Positions 27,296-36,227 of a stretch of 48,972 nt of DNA are shown one piece after another. Positions within the stretch are counted from its first letter, which is position 1. Every line of letters begins with the position of its first letter. Source of the stretch: an uncultured Clostridia bacterium. GTDB lineage: Bacteria; Acidobacteriota; Aminicenantia; UBA2199. A program made the translations under genes and the position numbers. The stretch is from positions 6,976-55,947 of the forward strand of contig CAZNLS010000003.1 in assembly GCA_964573895.1 (NCBI GenBank), in the 5' to 3' direction. The notes below the pieces were generated by a model that searched no databases, had not been told where the DNA came from, and saw only the letters and a program-made list of their open reading frames with translations.

Positions 27296-29253
27296 TTTCT
27301 CTCCATTATGATATTTTTGTTCCTGTCCATATATGCATCATATTTTTTATCAATCACTATTGTTGAACTGTCGGAACAGATCACTGAGGGGGATACAATT
27401 TTATCATCAGGAGAAATTGAATTCCTTTTTATGAATGTGAAATTTCCCTTTTCCCCTTTGTAAAACACCTCTTTCAATAATCTATTTTGCCGTTTAGTTT
27501 TTTTGTTTTCATGTCTGATCTCAGGTTTAGTATCAAATATATTCAATGAAGCGATCAGGATAATGTTCTCTATCTCAACAAGAGAGTCATCCAGGCTGTA
27601 GGAAAATAATTTTTTATGTTTATCGTGATAGTTCTTTAGGAAGTCATCATTATATTCCACCCTGATACTGTTTTCCTGCCCCCGGTACTTAAGTTCAAGC
27701 AGGTAATCATAAACAAGACCACTATCCCTTCTCAATTCTTCTTTAAAGTGTTTTACTGCAGAACTTTTTAGCTCTGAAAAGATTTTATCTATCTTATCTG
27801 AATCTGACCCTTCAACTGATGAAAGAATAGGATAAGAAAACTCTTTCTTTAATTTTGAGAATAACATACCATATGCTGAAAAAAGACCACTGAGAGATGG
27901 GAAAATAATTTTTTTTATATCCAGCTTCTCAGCTACTAATCCTGCAATAAGGCCTCCTGCTCCTCCGAACGGCAGAAGAGCAAAATTTCTCGGATCCTCT
28001 CCCTTTTCCACAGTCACTGCCCTCAAAGCACCGGTTATTGAAGAAGCAGCAATTTCAATAATACCATCAGCGGTTTTATTCAAATTTTTTCCGATTAGAT
28101 TTGATATTTTTTTTATTGCCGAAATGCTTTTTGATGGAAACAATTTCATTTTTCCCCCCAGGAAATGTTCAGGTTGAATTATACCGTTCACCACAAAAGC
28201 ATCAGATATTGTCGGAATATCTGATTTCCCGTAACAGGCCGGTCCGGGAACAGCGCCTGCACTTTCCGGTCCAACTCTGAGGACTCCTGCACTGTCTACG
28301 GATGCGATTGAGCCACCTCCTGCGCCAATGGTTTTGATATCAATCATTGGAATATGGACCGGAAGGTTGTTCATTTTCATATTTTTTGAAATAGATTCAC
28401 AACCATTCCTGATTACCGAGACATCAGTTGATGTGCCTCCCATGTCGAGGGTGATCAGGTTTTTGCCGAAATTTCTCCTCTGAACTGTTTTTGCAGCAAC
28501 TATTCCGCCGGCAGGCCCTGACAGCAATGTATAAACCGGTTCTACTTTCACATATTCCGGTGTAGTAAGTCCTCCGTCTGAACGTGTTATGTATAGTTTT
28601 TTTCCCTGTAGTGAATCCCCGAGGCGATTCATATAATCGGACATTACCGGTTGAAGAGCAGAATTCAAAACCGTTATGACCGCACGTTCGTATTCTCTGG
28701 GCTCCGGGTGGATTTCACCTGATATTGTAATGTGAAATTCGGGATCCAGAAAACTCTTTACACTTGTCTCATTTTTTATATTTGCATAAGAGTGAAGAAG
28801 AACAACGGCAACCGATTCAACTCCCCCTTTTTTTAGTGTATCATTAATTTTTTCTATAGAGGTCTTATTTGGTTTTATTGAAATTTTGCCTGTGAACAGG
28901 GTGCGTTCTTCAACGGGGAAACACAAATTTTCAGGTACAAGTTCCGGTTGTTTTTCGGGATATAGCGAAAATATATCTCTTCTGTTTTGTCTTCCAATAC
29001 GAAGGATATCTTCAAATCCTTTCGTTGCAAGAAATGCGGTCTTTCCCATTTTATTCTCCAGAAAAGCATTTGTTGCAACGGTAGTTCCGTGAATAAGAAT
29101 AAAATCTTCATTAATAAAAGGTTTTATTCCTTTCAATACTGTTTTTTCGGGTGACCCGGGAGTGGATGGAAGTTTGAAAGATTTTAGGGAACCCCCGTCC
29201 CAAATTACAAAATCCGTAAATGTTCCGCCCGTATCTACGCCAATCAGTACCAT
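27292..29253 (-). CDS. hyuA: hydantoinase A/oxoprolinase family protein
   Basis: The ORF is open from GTG at 29271. ATG at 29253 gives the typical N-terminus MVLIGVDTGGTFTDF. An internal DMGGTSTD motif marks the second ATPase fold. Confidence 0.88.
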   Translation of the reverse strand: MVLIGVDTGGTFTDFVIWDGGSLKSFKLPSTPGSPEKTVLKGIKPFINEDFILIHGTTVATNAFLENKMGKTAFLATKGFEDILRIGRQNRRDIFSLYPEKQPELVPENLCFPVEERTLFTGKISIKPNKTSIEKINDTLKKGGVESVAVVLLHSYANIKNETSVKSFLDPEFHITISGEIHPEPREYERAVITVLNSALQPVMSDYMNRLGDSLQGKKLYITRSDGGLTTPEYVKVEPVYTLLSGPAGGIVAAKTVQRRNFGKNLITLDMGGTSTDVSVIRNGCESISKNMKMNNLPVHIPMIDIKTIGAGGGSIASVDSAGVLRVGPESAGAVPGPACYGKSDIPTISDAFVVNGIIQPEHFLGGKMKLFPSKSISAIKKISNLIGKNLNKTADGIIEIAASSITGALRAVTVEKGEDPRNFALLPFGGAGGLIAGLVAEKLDIKKIIFPSLSGLFSAYGMLFSKLKKEFSYPILSSVEGSDSDKIDKIFSELKSSAVKHFKEELRRDSGLVYDYLLELKYRGQENSIRVEYNDDFLKNYHDKHKKLFSYSLDDSLVEIENIILIASLNIFDTKPEIRHENKKTKRQNRLLKEVFYKGEKGNFTFIKRNSISPDDKIVSPSVICSDSSTIVIDKKYDAYMDRNKNIIMERK

Positions 29254-29318
29254 GATCCATATTATTATCACTGATTTCTATTGTCAATAAAACCGGAATT
29301 CTTGTTAGTGGAAATAAT

Positions 29319-29741
29319 ATGCTGTATAATGACTTTATGAAACCATATCTGATCTTTGCTTTGTCCTGGTTTATTCCGGGCTCCGGTCACCTTATTCAAA
29401 AGAAAAAAGTTAAGGCGGCGGTTTTTTTCTTCTCTGTTCTTCTTCTGCTCCTGCTTGGGATTATCATGGAAGGAAAGTTCTTTCTTCCATACACGGAGAC
29501 GACAAATAATTTTGGGGTTATGCAGCGTCAGTATCATCCTTTATTGATCCTTGGATATCTTGGAGATCTTGGTTGCGGTATATTCTACTTCATGTTGTCA
29601 TTTTTAGGTTTGGCGGCGGGGAATATTGCTGCAGTCACTTACCAGTATGGAACAGCCTATATGGTTACTGCAGGACTCCTTAATTATCTAATCGCCTTGA
29701 ATGCATTTGATCTTGCAAAGGGGAAAAAAAATGATATTTAG
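29319..29741 (+). CDS. hypothetical small membrane protein (3-4 TM)
   Basis: 140-aa ORF with several hydrophobic segments and a WFIPGSGHL motif. Family unknown. Confidence 0.55.
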   Translation: MLYNDFMKPYLIFALSWFIPGSGHLIQKKKVKAAVFFFSVLLLLLLGIIMEGKFFLPYTETTNNFGVMQRQYHPLLILGYLGDLGCGIFYFMLSFLGLAAGNIAAVTYQYGTAYMVTAGLLNYLIALNAFDLAKGKKNDI

Positions 29742-29904
29742 AAGCCATCTTATATCAATGGTCGTTTATGCGGTTATTGTTTCAACGGTTATTGCATTCA
29801 TTCGGCATGATGAAAAAAAAATGATAATCAGGGAAGGGATTAAACTTTTTCTCTATATGAGCGGTGGTGTAATTCTGGCGAGCTGGATCATTAATTTTCT
29901 GTAA
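29731..29904 (+). CDS. hypothetical two-TM small membrane protein
   Basis: The ATG at 29731 is preceded by AAGGGGAAAAAAA and overlaps the upstream stop by 11 nt. It encodes 57 aa with two hydrophobic helices. The ORF track starts it at 29701. Confidence 0.4.
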   Translation: MIFRSHLISMVVYAVIVSTVIAFIRHDEKKMIIREGIKLFLYMSGGVILASWIINFL

Positions 29905-30027
29905 AATACGTTAAAATCATATTTTTTTTTACTTTTCTACAGTACTATAATAAAATAGTATTCTTGAAATAATCTTTTCACAGAAGAAATGATTTAATAT
30001 TCTGAAAAACAAGAGTTTTTTGGATTA

Positions 30028-30837
30028 TTGATAATTTCCCGGAGTTATAAATTGACTTTAAAACGTGTTCGAATAATAGTTTTTATGATAATTTTCATTC
30101 TTCCAACTTTTAAGATTTTCTCAATGACAGGCCCTGAGATCATGCAAAAGGTCCTGGATAGAGACGAGGGAAAAAAAATCAGAATGGAACTGGAAATGAT
30201 TCTGATCAACAAACAGGGTGGTAGGAAAATAAGAAAACTAACTGTTGCCCGAGAAATCGGGAACAAGGAGATAAAAACTCTGTTTGAATTCAATTCCCCT
30301 TCAGATGTCAAAGGAGTCAGGTTTTTGTCCGTTGATCCAAAAACCGGGAAAAAAGAGAGCCGGCGCTGGATATATATGCCTGCCTTAAAAAGAGTACGCA
30401 GGATAAGCGGAAGTTCAAGAAATGACTATTTCATGGGATCTGATCTGACTTACAACGATCTGAGAAAAAGAGATGTAGGATATGAAAATCATAAACTGAC
30501 CGGTGAAAAGGTTATTGATGGTTCCCCCTGTTTTAAGGTTCTTTCAATTCCGAAGAAAAATAGAGATTTCTATGGAAGGAAGATCAGCTACATAAGAAAA
30601 GACTTTTTTGTTACGGTTTATGTCGAGTTTTTTAATAAAAAAGGAGAACTTGTAAAGACAATGAAAATGTCCGATATCATAAAAAGGGATGGAATTTGGC
30701 TGATTAAGTCTATAGTTGTGAAAAATCTTAAAAAACAACATCGGACTATTCTCAAATTTACTTCTATTGTTCTGGGTGCCAAATTACCAAATTCTCTTTT
30801 TTCTCCGTCAAGACTCCCCGGAGCAAGACTTAATTGA
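30028..30837 (+). CDS. outer-membrane lipoprotein-sorting (LolA-like) family protein
   Basis: 269-aa ORF with a TTG start and a signal-peptide-like N-terminus. The RWIYMPALKRVRRISGSSRNDYFMGSDLTYNDL motif is typical of the LolA_like family that accompanies MMPL/RND exporters. Confidence 0.75.
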   Translation: MIISRSYKLTLKRVRIIVFMIIFILPTFKIFSMTGPEIMQKVLDRDEGKKIRMELEMILINKQGGRKIRKLTVAREIGNKEIKTLFEFNSPSDVKGVRFLSVDPKTGKKESRRWIYMPALKRVRRISGSSRNDYFMGSDLTYNDLRKRDVGYENHKLTGEKVIDGSPCFKVLSIPKKNRDFYGRKISYIRKDFFVTVYVEFFNKKGELVKTMKMSDIIKRDGIWLIKSIVVKNLKKQHRTILKFTSIVLGAKLPNSLFSPSRLPGARLN

Positions 30838-32057
30838 GAAGGTCAAAGATCCTTTTCATTCTTTTTTTTTTCCTTCTCTTTTCCGAAAAAAAGATTTTGC
30901 CGGCTACCAATATTGATATTAAAGGTTATTTTGATGTATTTAACTCCATTTCCGTAAAAAAAGATATTGGATTGCAGAGTTTAAGAGCAGATCTAAAAAC
31001 CGATCTCACTCTAAAATCAGAGAAATATTTATTTAATTTTTCAGCTTTTACTACCTGGAATCCGTTTCTGAAATCTTCAATAGAAGTAATCTTAAGTGAG
31101 GCATACCTCTCTGTTCCGGTCTCTTCGTCCTTTGAATTAAAGGCTGGGAAGCAGATTATTTCATGGGGCAGTTCTGATCAGTTCAGCCCTGCTGACCTGG
31201 TGTCGCCTTATGATCTTAGAGAATTTATTGCGTGGGATAAAGATGAGAGCAGGATTGGTCTCAACTCGGTTAGCGGAACGTATTTTGCCAATGAACTTAG
31301 ACTGGATCTTATATGGTCCCCCCGTTCTTCACCTTCAATTCTGCCTGAAGCGGACAGTTCATGGAGTATTTTAAATCATCCGAAAGAGTCTGTTACAGCT
31401 TCTTTGCTTGATTCCGAAGGTGTTACAAGCCGAAGCTCCGGAAATAGTTTTTTTGGAAAATTTTCATTTTTTCTAAAAGGATTTGATTTCTCATTTATAG
31501 GCTTTTCATACTTTAACTATGTTCCTTTAGATATTTCAAATGATGTGGCAGGAGCACTTCCGGAATATGAAAAATTCAGGGGGTTGGGATTTTACTTCTC
31601 AAAACCATGGGATTTTATTGTCTTTCGGGGTGAATTTATTTTGTATAAAAACAGGCTTGTAAATAACAGAAAACAGGAAGGGAATATGTTAAAAAAAGAT
31701 AGATCCGAAGTGCTGATCGGTGCTGATATTTTCCTCAGAAATGAATTAGGTATTACAATTCAGTTGCTTATTAACTCATTCCCGGGTCAGTATATAATGG
31801 CAATTCCATATGATAAAAGCACTGCTATAACGACTTCAGTTTCCGGGAAAATTTATGGTGATACATTAAGATTCAGAACTTTTTTTTGCTATCTTCTAAA
31901 AGGGAAAGGATCATATGGCCGCATAGTTTTAAATTTTCCTCTTGATGACTCATTTAGTATTTCCGGAGGATCAGATTTCTTTTCCGGACCCGGATCATTT
32001 TACGGCAGGTATTTAAAAAATTCTCAAATATGGTTAAAATTTAAGTATATTTTCTAA
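30834..32057 (+). CDS. hypothetical outer-membrane beta-barrel-like protein
   Basis: 407-aa ORF with a TTG start inside a TTGA overlap and a signal peptide (MRRSKILFILFFFLLFS). It shows alternating amphipathic strands and a C-terminal ...KFKYIF ending in Phe, as in BAM substrates. Confidence 0.55.
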   Translation: MRRSKILFILFFFLLFSEKKILPATNIDIKGYFDVFNSISVKKDIGLQSLRADLKTDLTLKSEKYLFNFSAFTTWNPFLKSSIEVILSEAYLSVPVSSSFELKAGKQIISWGSSDQFSPADLVSPYDLREFIAWDKDESRIGLNSVSGTYFANELRLDLIWSPRSSPSILPEADSSWSILNHPKESVTASLLDSEGVTSRSSGNSFFGKFSFFLKGFDFSFIGFSYFNYVPLDISNDVAGALPEYEKFRGLGFYFSKPWDFIVFRGEFILYKNRLVNNRKQEGNMLKKDRSEVLIGADIFLRNELGITIQLLINSFPGQYIMAIPYDKSTAITTSVSGKIYGDTLRFRTFFCYLLKGKGSYGRIVLNFPLDDSFSISGGSDFFSGPGSFYGRYLKNSQIWLKFKYIF

Positions 32058-32065
32058 AAAGTAAA

Positions 32066-34402
32066 ATGGCTGGAAATCTTAAGAAAATAAATCAGTGGTA
32101 TATTAATGGCGGCAGGCTGATAATTAAATACCGATGGTTTTTTTTGATTGCAATACTTGCTCTGGATATTATTGCTTTTTTCGGATTGGGAAAGATAAAA
32201 ATAAATGCTTCCGATCAGGGCCTTTTTTTAAAAGACAGTGAATTAAGATCCAATACGAAATTATTTGAAAAATATTTTGGAAATAATGATTTTCTTGCTC
32301 TGCTTGTAGAATCGGATGATATCTTTAATCCGGATGTCCTAAAAATGATCAGAGAACTCGGGGAAACCTTGCAGGAAGAAATTCCTCTGTGTGATGCTGT
32401 TATTTCTCTTGCCAATTTTGAGATACCTGTTCCGACACCTGACGGATTTAAAATCACTCAACTGATTCCGGATTCAATTCCTAAAGGACGAGCAGATTTA
32501 AAGAAATTGAAAGAAGGAGTATTTTCCAACAAAATATTGATCAACAAGCTCTTTTCCGATGATTCAAAACAGACCTGGATAATTGTCTACCTGAAACCCT
32601 ATCCTGAAAACTGGGAAAAGGATTATCCTGATCATCCCGAGCAGATGATAGGAGCAAAAGTAACAGAGATCCTGAAACGAAAAAAATTCAGGAATTATAA
32701 AATCAATGCCGGAGGTTATCCTGTTACTCAGTATGAGGCCAAGATCTTTTTCTTAAAAGAGACCGGCAGAGATATTCTGCTCTCAATTTTAGTTTCTATT
32801 TTGCTTCTTGCTCTCTTTCTTAGATCTGTAAAAGGTATTCTATTCCCTCTTTTTACAACGGCCAGTTCACTTCTTATTGTCTATGGCGCGATGGGATATA
32901 TTGGAACGGAAGTTAACAACATGGTTATTACAATACCAGTATTTCTCGGAATGGCAATATCAATCGGTTATTCGGTTCATATATTCAATTTTTTCAGATA
33001 CAGGTTTCGTTCAACCGGGAAAAGAAAGGAGTCGATCCTGTATGCCCTGGAGCATACGGGCTGGCCGATATTTTTTACAGCACTCACAACTTTCGGATCA
33101 TTACTCTCATTTACATTGATTCCAATTGCAATACTCAGATGGATGGGATTGACTACTGCTCTCATTGTAATAGTAATATATCTAATTGTAATAACAATTA
33201 CTCCTGCTTTACTCAGTTTCGGAAGGCAGGAAAAAGAAAAAGAGCGGTATCTGGTACCAAAGAAATACTCCTCTCAAATGCTCTCTTTCCGTCTTGGAAA
33301 ATTCATAATGAAAAGGTCCGGACTTATGGCAGGTATTTTGATTTTTTTAATACTAATATTCATTTTTTTCTCATTCGGAACAAGAATCAATGTTGATCAT
33401 AAAAACACTTTCGGAATGAAACTGAATTATATAAAAAAGGCCCATTATATAGCAGGAACAAAGATTGGATCGCTGTATTGTTATAATGTTACTCTTGAAT
33501 TTCAGGATGAGGACAGGGTAAAGGACCCGGTTATTTTAAAGAATTTAGAAAAATTCATAAGCTATGCAAAAAGTTTGGATTTAATAAAAAGAGTGACATC
33601 TGTAAATGATATTGTAAAAGAGCTTAATATGGTAATGCATGGAGGCAAAAATAAGTTTTTCACAGTACCCGATAACCGGGAGTTGGTCTCACAACTTTTT
33701 CTTCTCTATGAAATGTCAGGAGGAGATGAAACCAAACGCTGGGTGGACTATAATTATAAATTTCTCCGAATCCTCATGGAGATAAAGGATTATGACACAA
33801 CACTGATCCTTGATGAACAGCTGAAACTTAACAAAATTGCGAAAGAACTATTCCCGAATGCGAAGATAAGATTTTCAGGAGTAGTTTACAGGGTTGCGCA
33901 TATTCAGGACTATATAGTTAAAGGTGAACTGATCTCTTTTGGTGCGGCGATGCTGATTGTATTGATACTAATGTCTCTTGTATTCAAAAGTATCAAAGCG
34001 GGACTTATCGGTGTTACTCCGATTCTGTTCTCTTCAATAGCAGTTCTTGGAGTATTGGGAATTTTCAATATCCCCCTCAATCTGATCACCATGACTATAA
34101 TACCAATACTACTGGGGATTGGTGTTGATGACTCAATCCATTTTATTAATCATATGAAGTTTGAAACCGACAGAGGTCAGAACACTCTTGAGTCGATTTT
34201 AAGGTCGTTTAAAGCCGTTGGTTATGCACTCTTTATAACATCCTTTATCCTGGTATCCATATTTTTTATCTACACTACATCTATTGTCAAAATGTTTGTT
34301 CACTTTGGACTGGTTTCTTCTGCCGGCGTAATTGCTGCGCTTGCCGGAACCTATATTTTTATCCCTATCCTTATACGAAAGATAAGACCTTTCGAAGATT
34401 GA
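32066..34402 (+). CDS. MMPL/RND-superfamily exporter (COG1033-like)
   Basis: 778-aa ORF with two blocks of about 6 TM segments, each preceded by a large loop. Has a GIGVDDSIHF motif in the second block. Confidence 0.85.
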   Translation: MAGNLKKINQWYINGGRLIIKYRWFFLIAILALDIIAFFGLGKIKINASDQGLFLKDSELRSNTKLFEKYFGNNDFLALLVESDDIFNPDVLKMIRELGETLQEEIPLCDAVISLANFEIPVPTPDGFKITQLIPDSIPKGRADLKKLKEGVFSNKILINKLFSDDSKQTWIIVYLKPYPENWEKDYPDHPEQMIGAKVTEILKRKKFRNYKINAGGYPVTQYEAKIFFLKETGRDILLSILVSILLLALFLRSVKGILFPLFTTASSLLIVYGAMGYIGTEVNNMVITIPVFLGMAISIGYSVHIFNFFRYRFRSTGKRKESILYALEHTGWPIFFTALTTFGSLLSFTLIPIAILRWMGLTTALIVIVIYLIVITITPALLSFGRQEKEKERYLVPKKYSSQMLSFRLGKFIMKRSGLMAGILIFLILIFIFFSFGTRINVDHKNTFGMKLNYIKKAHYIAGTKIGSLYCYNVTLEFQDEDRVKDPVILKNLEKFISYAKSLDLIKRVTSVNDIVKELNMVMHGGKNKFFTVPDNRELVSQLFLLYEMSGGDETKRWVDYNYKFLRILMEIKDYDTTLILDEQLKLNKIAKELFPNAKIRFSGVVYRVAHIQDYIVKGELISFGAAMLIVLILMSLVFKSIKAGLIGVTPILFSSIAVLGVLGIFNIPLNLITMTIIPILLGIGVDDSIHFINHMKFETDRGQNTLESILRSFKAVGYALFITSFILVSIFFIYTTSIVKMFVHFGLVSSAGVIAALAGTYIFIPILIRKIRPFED

Positions 34403-34573
34403 TCCTATTTAAAAACTATTGAACTTATCTTTTCTCCCTTGTATGGAGAAATATTCATGAATAGAATTTTACTGTTAATTAGAAATGAAATGTTTTTTTT
34501 ATTCGTTTTTAATGAATCAACTGAATTTAAAATTATATTTAATAATTTTATATTTTTTGAATTTTTGGATTCG

Positions 34574-34587
34574 GAATATTAATATTC
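34574..34587. promoter_or_regulatory. perfect 14-bp palindrome GAATATTAATATTC upstream of the GYD gene RBS
   Basis: The two arms GAATATT and AATATTC are exact reverse complements. The palindrome ends 4 nt before AAGGAGG. It could be an operator or a chance match in AT-rich DNA. Confidence 0.25.
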
Positions 34588-34601
34588 TATAAGGAGGAGA
34601 G

Positions 34602-34898
34602 ATGAGTATGTATGTGCTTATGACAAAAATGACACAGGAGATATCGGCCGATTTAAAAAGAAGAGAAGCGATTGGAAAAGAGTGGAGAAAAAGAGTTGAT
34701 AAATTGTGCCCTGATGTAAAGTGGATAGCTCACTATGCTCTGTTGGGGCCGTATGATTTTATGGATATATATGAAGCAAAAGACGATGAGACAGCGGCTA
34801 AAGTTTCACTTATAACAAGGTCCGGAGGTGCACTCACTGCAGAAAGCTGGCCGGCTATCTCCTGGAAGAGATATACGGATATCATCAAAGGAATTTAG
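34602..34898 (+). CDS. GYD domain-containing protein
   Basis: 98-aa ORF with an AAGGAGG RBS. Has the LLGPYDFMDIYEAKDDETAAKVSL pattern of the GYD family. Confidence 0.8.
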   Translation: MSMYVLMTKMTQEISADLKRREAIGKEWRKRVDKLCPDVKWIAHYALLGPYDFMDIYEAKDDETAAKVSLITRSGGALTAESWPAISWKRYTDIIKGI

Positions 34899-34929
34899 TC
34901 CGGGAATTTAAAAAAAACCCGGATTTTTT
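34899..34929 (+). terminator. rho-independent terminator for the GYD gene
   Basis: Stem TCCGGG (34899-34904) pairs with CCCGGA (34918-34923) across a 13-nt loop, followed by TTTTTT (34924-34929). Confidence 0.55.
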
Positions 34930-34942
34930 CCTATTTCCCGGG
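34910..34942 (-). terminator. rho-independent terminator for the C1B peptidase gene
   Basis: On the minus strand, a CCCGG/CCGGG stem (34938-34942 with 34918-22) is followed by U8 (complement of A8 at 34910-34917). It shares an arm with the plus-strand terminator. Confidence 0.5.
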
Positions 34943-34943
34943 A

Positions 34944-36107
34944 TTATATTCCCAGTTTTTTCTTCATCTCATCTGTAAGAGTTGCTTTGTGAATCCCTAT
35001 GCAGATTGTCTTGAGCCTGAAATAAGGGATGGAGACATAGTAGTATCCTTTATACTTGTGATCGGTTCCCCATGAATTTTTCATTATGAAAAACTCTTTT
35101 CCTCTCTGATCTTTTGCAAGACCTGTTATGTGCATCAGATGATCATCAGTCGTTGTCCAGTTTTCAAACGATTCCTGTCTCATTTCCTGAGTTATTGTTT
35201 TTTCTTTTACAGGCTCTTTTATCTTTGCTTCTCTCTCTTTTCTTGTCTTTCTATCCCACTCTTTCTTTGGGACGACCGCAACATCTGTCCTGTCCTTAGA
35301 AAAGAATTTCTCACTGACATCTGCATCCCAGACAAATGTATACCCCTTTTTAAGTGATTCCTTTACTATTTCAACTAATTCATCAATAGGGACATTGTAA
35401 TAATTGCGGTCAGAACTCCAATTATCAGGAACTTCAAGTCTGAACTTCTTATAAAATGGATGATGTGTATAGGAAGCTATTTCAATATAATTATCAGGAT
35501 TGATTCCCAGTTCATCCCTGAATTTTTGGGGAGTATATGATTTCCCTCCGAAATTAAATGATTCCGGGATTTTTCCCAGATAAACGTCTAGTATTGAATT
35601 CATAGCTTTCATCCAATAAGTAGTAAGTTTTCTTCCTCTTCTTTTTATAACGCCCTTTAAAAATCCATCCAGAACTGAACCCAGTTCACCATGATTATGC
35701 CTGAACTGGTTTTTTAATTTACCGGGATATATTGAATCGGGTACAAGTCCGTGGTCTCTTACCTGGTCCAGTACATCATGAAATTGGCCTCCGGGACCGA
35801 AATTTGCCATTCCGTGCATAAATACATATTGGCTGGCTTTGTGCGGATAAGAATTTCTTGCAATGAACATCTCTGAAAGATCAAGCTCTTTTCCGCCTTT
35901 ACGTAGAATTTCCGATTCAATGAAGGATATAGATGAAAAGATCCAGCAGGTTCCGGTTGATCCCTGGCTTTTCATTGTTGTTGCCGGCAGCCTGATTATA
36001 TCTTTAAAAATATATGCAGGTTTCTTTTTTTTCTTGGCAATTGCCGGTGAAAAAAGGATTACAAAAGCCAAAAGTAAAATAATTAAATTGAATTTTTTAG
36101 AGTTCAT
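34944..36107 (-). CDS. exported peptidase C1B (aminopeptidase C / bleomycin hydrolase-like)
   Basis: 387-aa ORF with an N-terminal signal peptide (KFNLIILLLAFVILFSPAIA) and the papain-type active site QGSTGTCWIFS. Paralogous to 46828-48108. Confidence 0.85.
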   Translation of the reverse strand: MNSKKFNLIILLLAFVILFSPAIAKKKKKPAYIFKDIIRLPATTMKSQGSTGTCWIFSSISFIESEILRKGGKELDLSEMFIARNSYPHKASQYVFMHGMANFGPGGQFHDVLDQVRDHGLVPDSIYPGKLKNQFRHNHGELGSVLDGFLKGVIKRRGRKLTTYWMKAMNSILDVYLGKIPESFNFGGKSYTPQKFRDELGINPDNYIEIASYTHHPFYKKFRLEVPDNWSSDRNYYNVPIDELVEIVKESLKKGYTFVWDADVSEKFFSKDRTDVAVVPKKEWDRKTRKEREAKIKEPVKEKTITQEMRQESFENWTTTDDHLMHITGLAKDQRGKEFFIMKNSWGTDHKYKGYYYVSIPYFRLKTICIGIHKATLTDEMKKKLGI

Positions 36108-36132
36108 TTCTTCTCCTGATATTTAAATATGA

Positions 36133-36161
36133 ATCATAAATGAACTGAAAATTAATTTCAA
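36133..36161 (-). promoter_or_regulatory. sigma70-type promoter for C1B peptidase gene
   Basis: On the minus strand: TTGAAA (36156-36161), a 17-nt spacer, then TATGAT (36133-36138). AGGAG RBS precedes the ATG at 36107. Confidence 0.5.
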
Positions 36162-36171
36162 TAATTATTTG

Positions 36172-36200
36172 TGGAAAATTTTTATTTTTTTGAATATAAT
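36172..36200 (+). promoter_or_regulatory. candidate promoter for C69 dipeptidase gene
   Basis: TGGAAA (36172-36177), a 17-nt spacer, then TATAAT (36195-36200). Its position argues for the ATG start at 36228. Confidence 0.45.
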
Positions 36201-36227
36201 AACTCCTTATTATTCATAGGAGATTAT

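Noticed and set aside
34457-34582. 41-codon ORF (MNRILLLIRNEMFFLFVFNE...) in the MMPL-GYD intergenic region, with GGAG 8 nt upstream
   Set aside because: Its Phe/Asn/Ile-rich composition is what random AT-rich DNA encodes. It has no motif, and its stop lies inside the palindrome. It is not convincing without conservation data.
36171-36227. GTG-initiated 19-aa extension of the C69 dipeptidase ORF
   Set aside because: It overlaps the predicted -35 and -10 elements. The ATG at 36228 has an AGGAG RBS and begins a canonical signal peptide.
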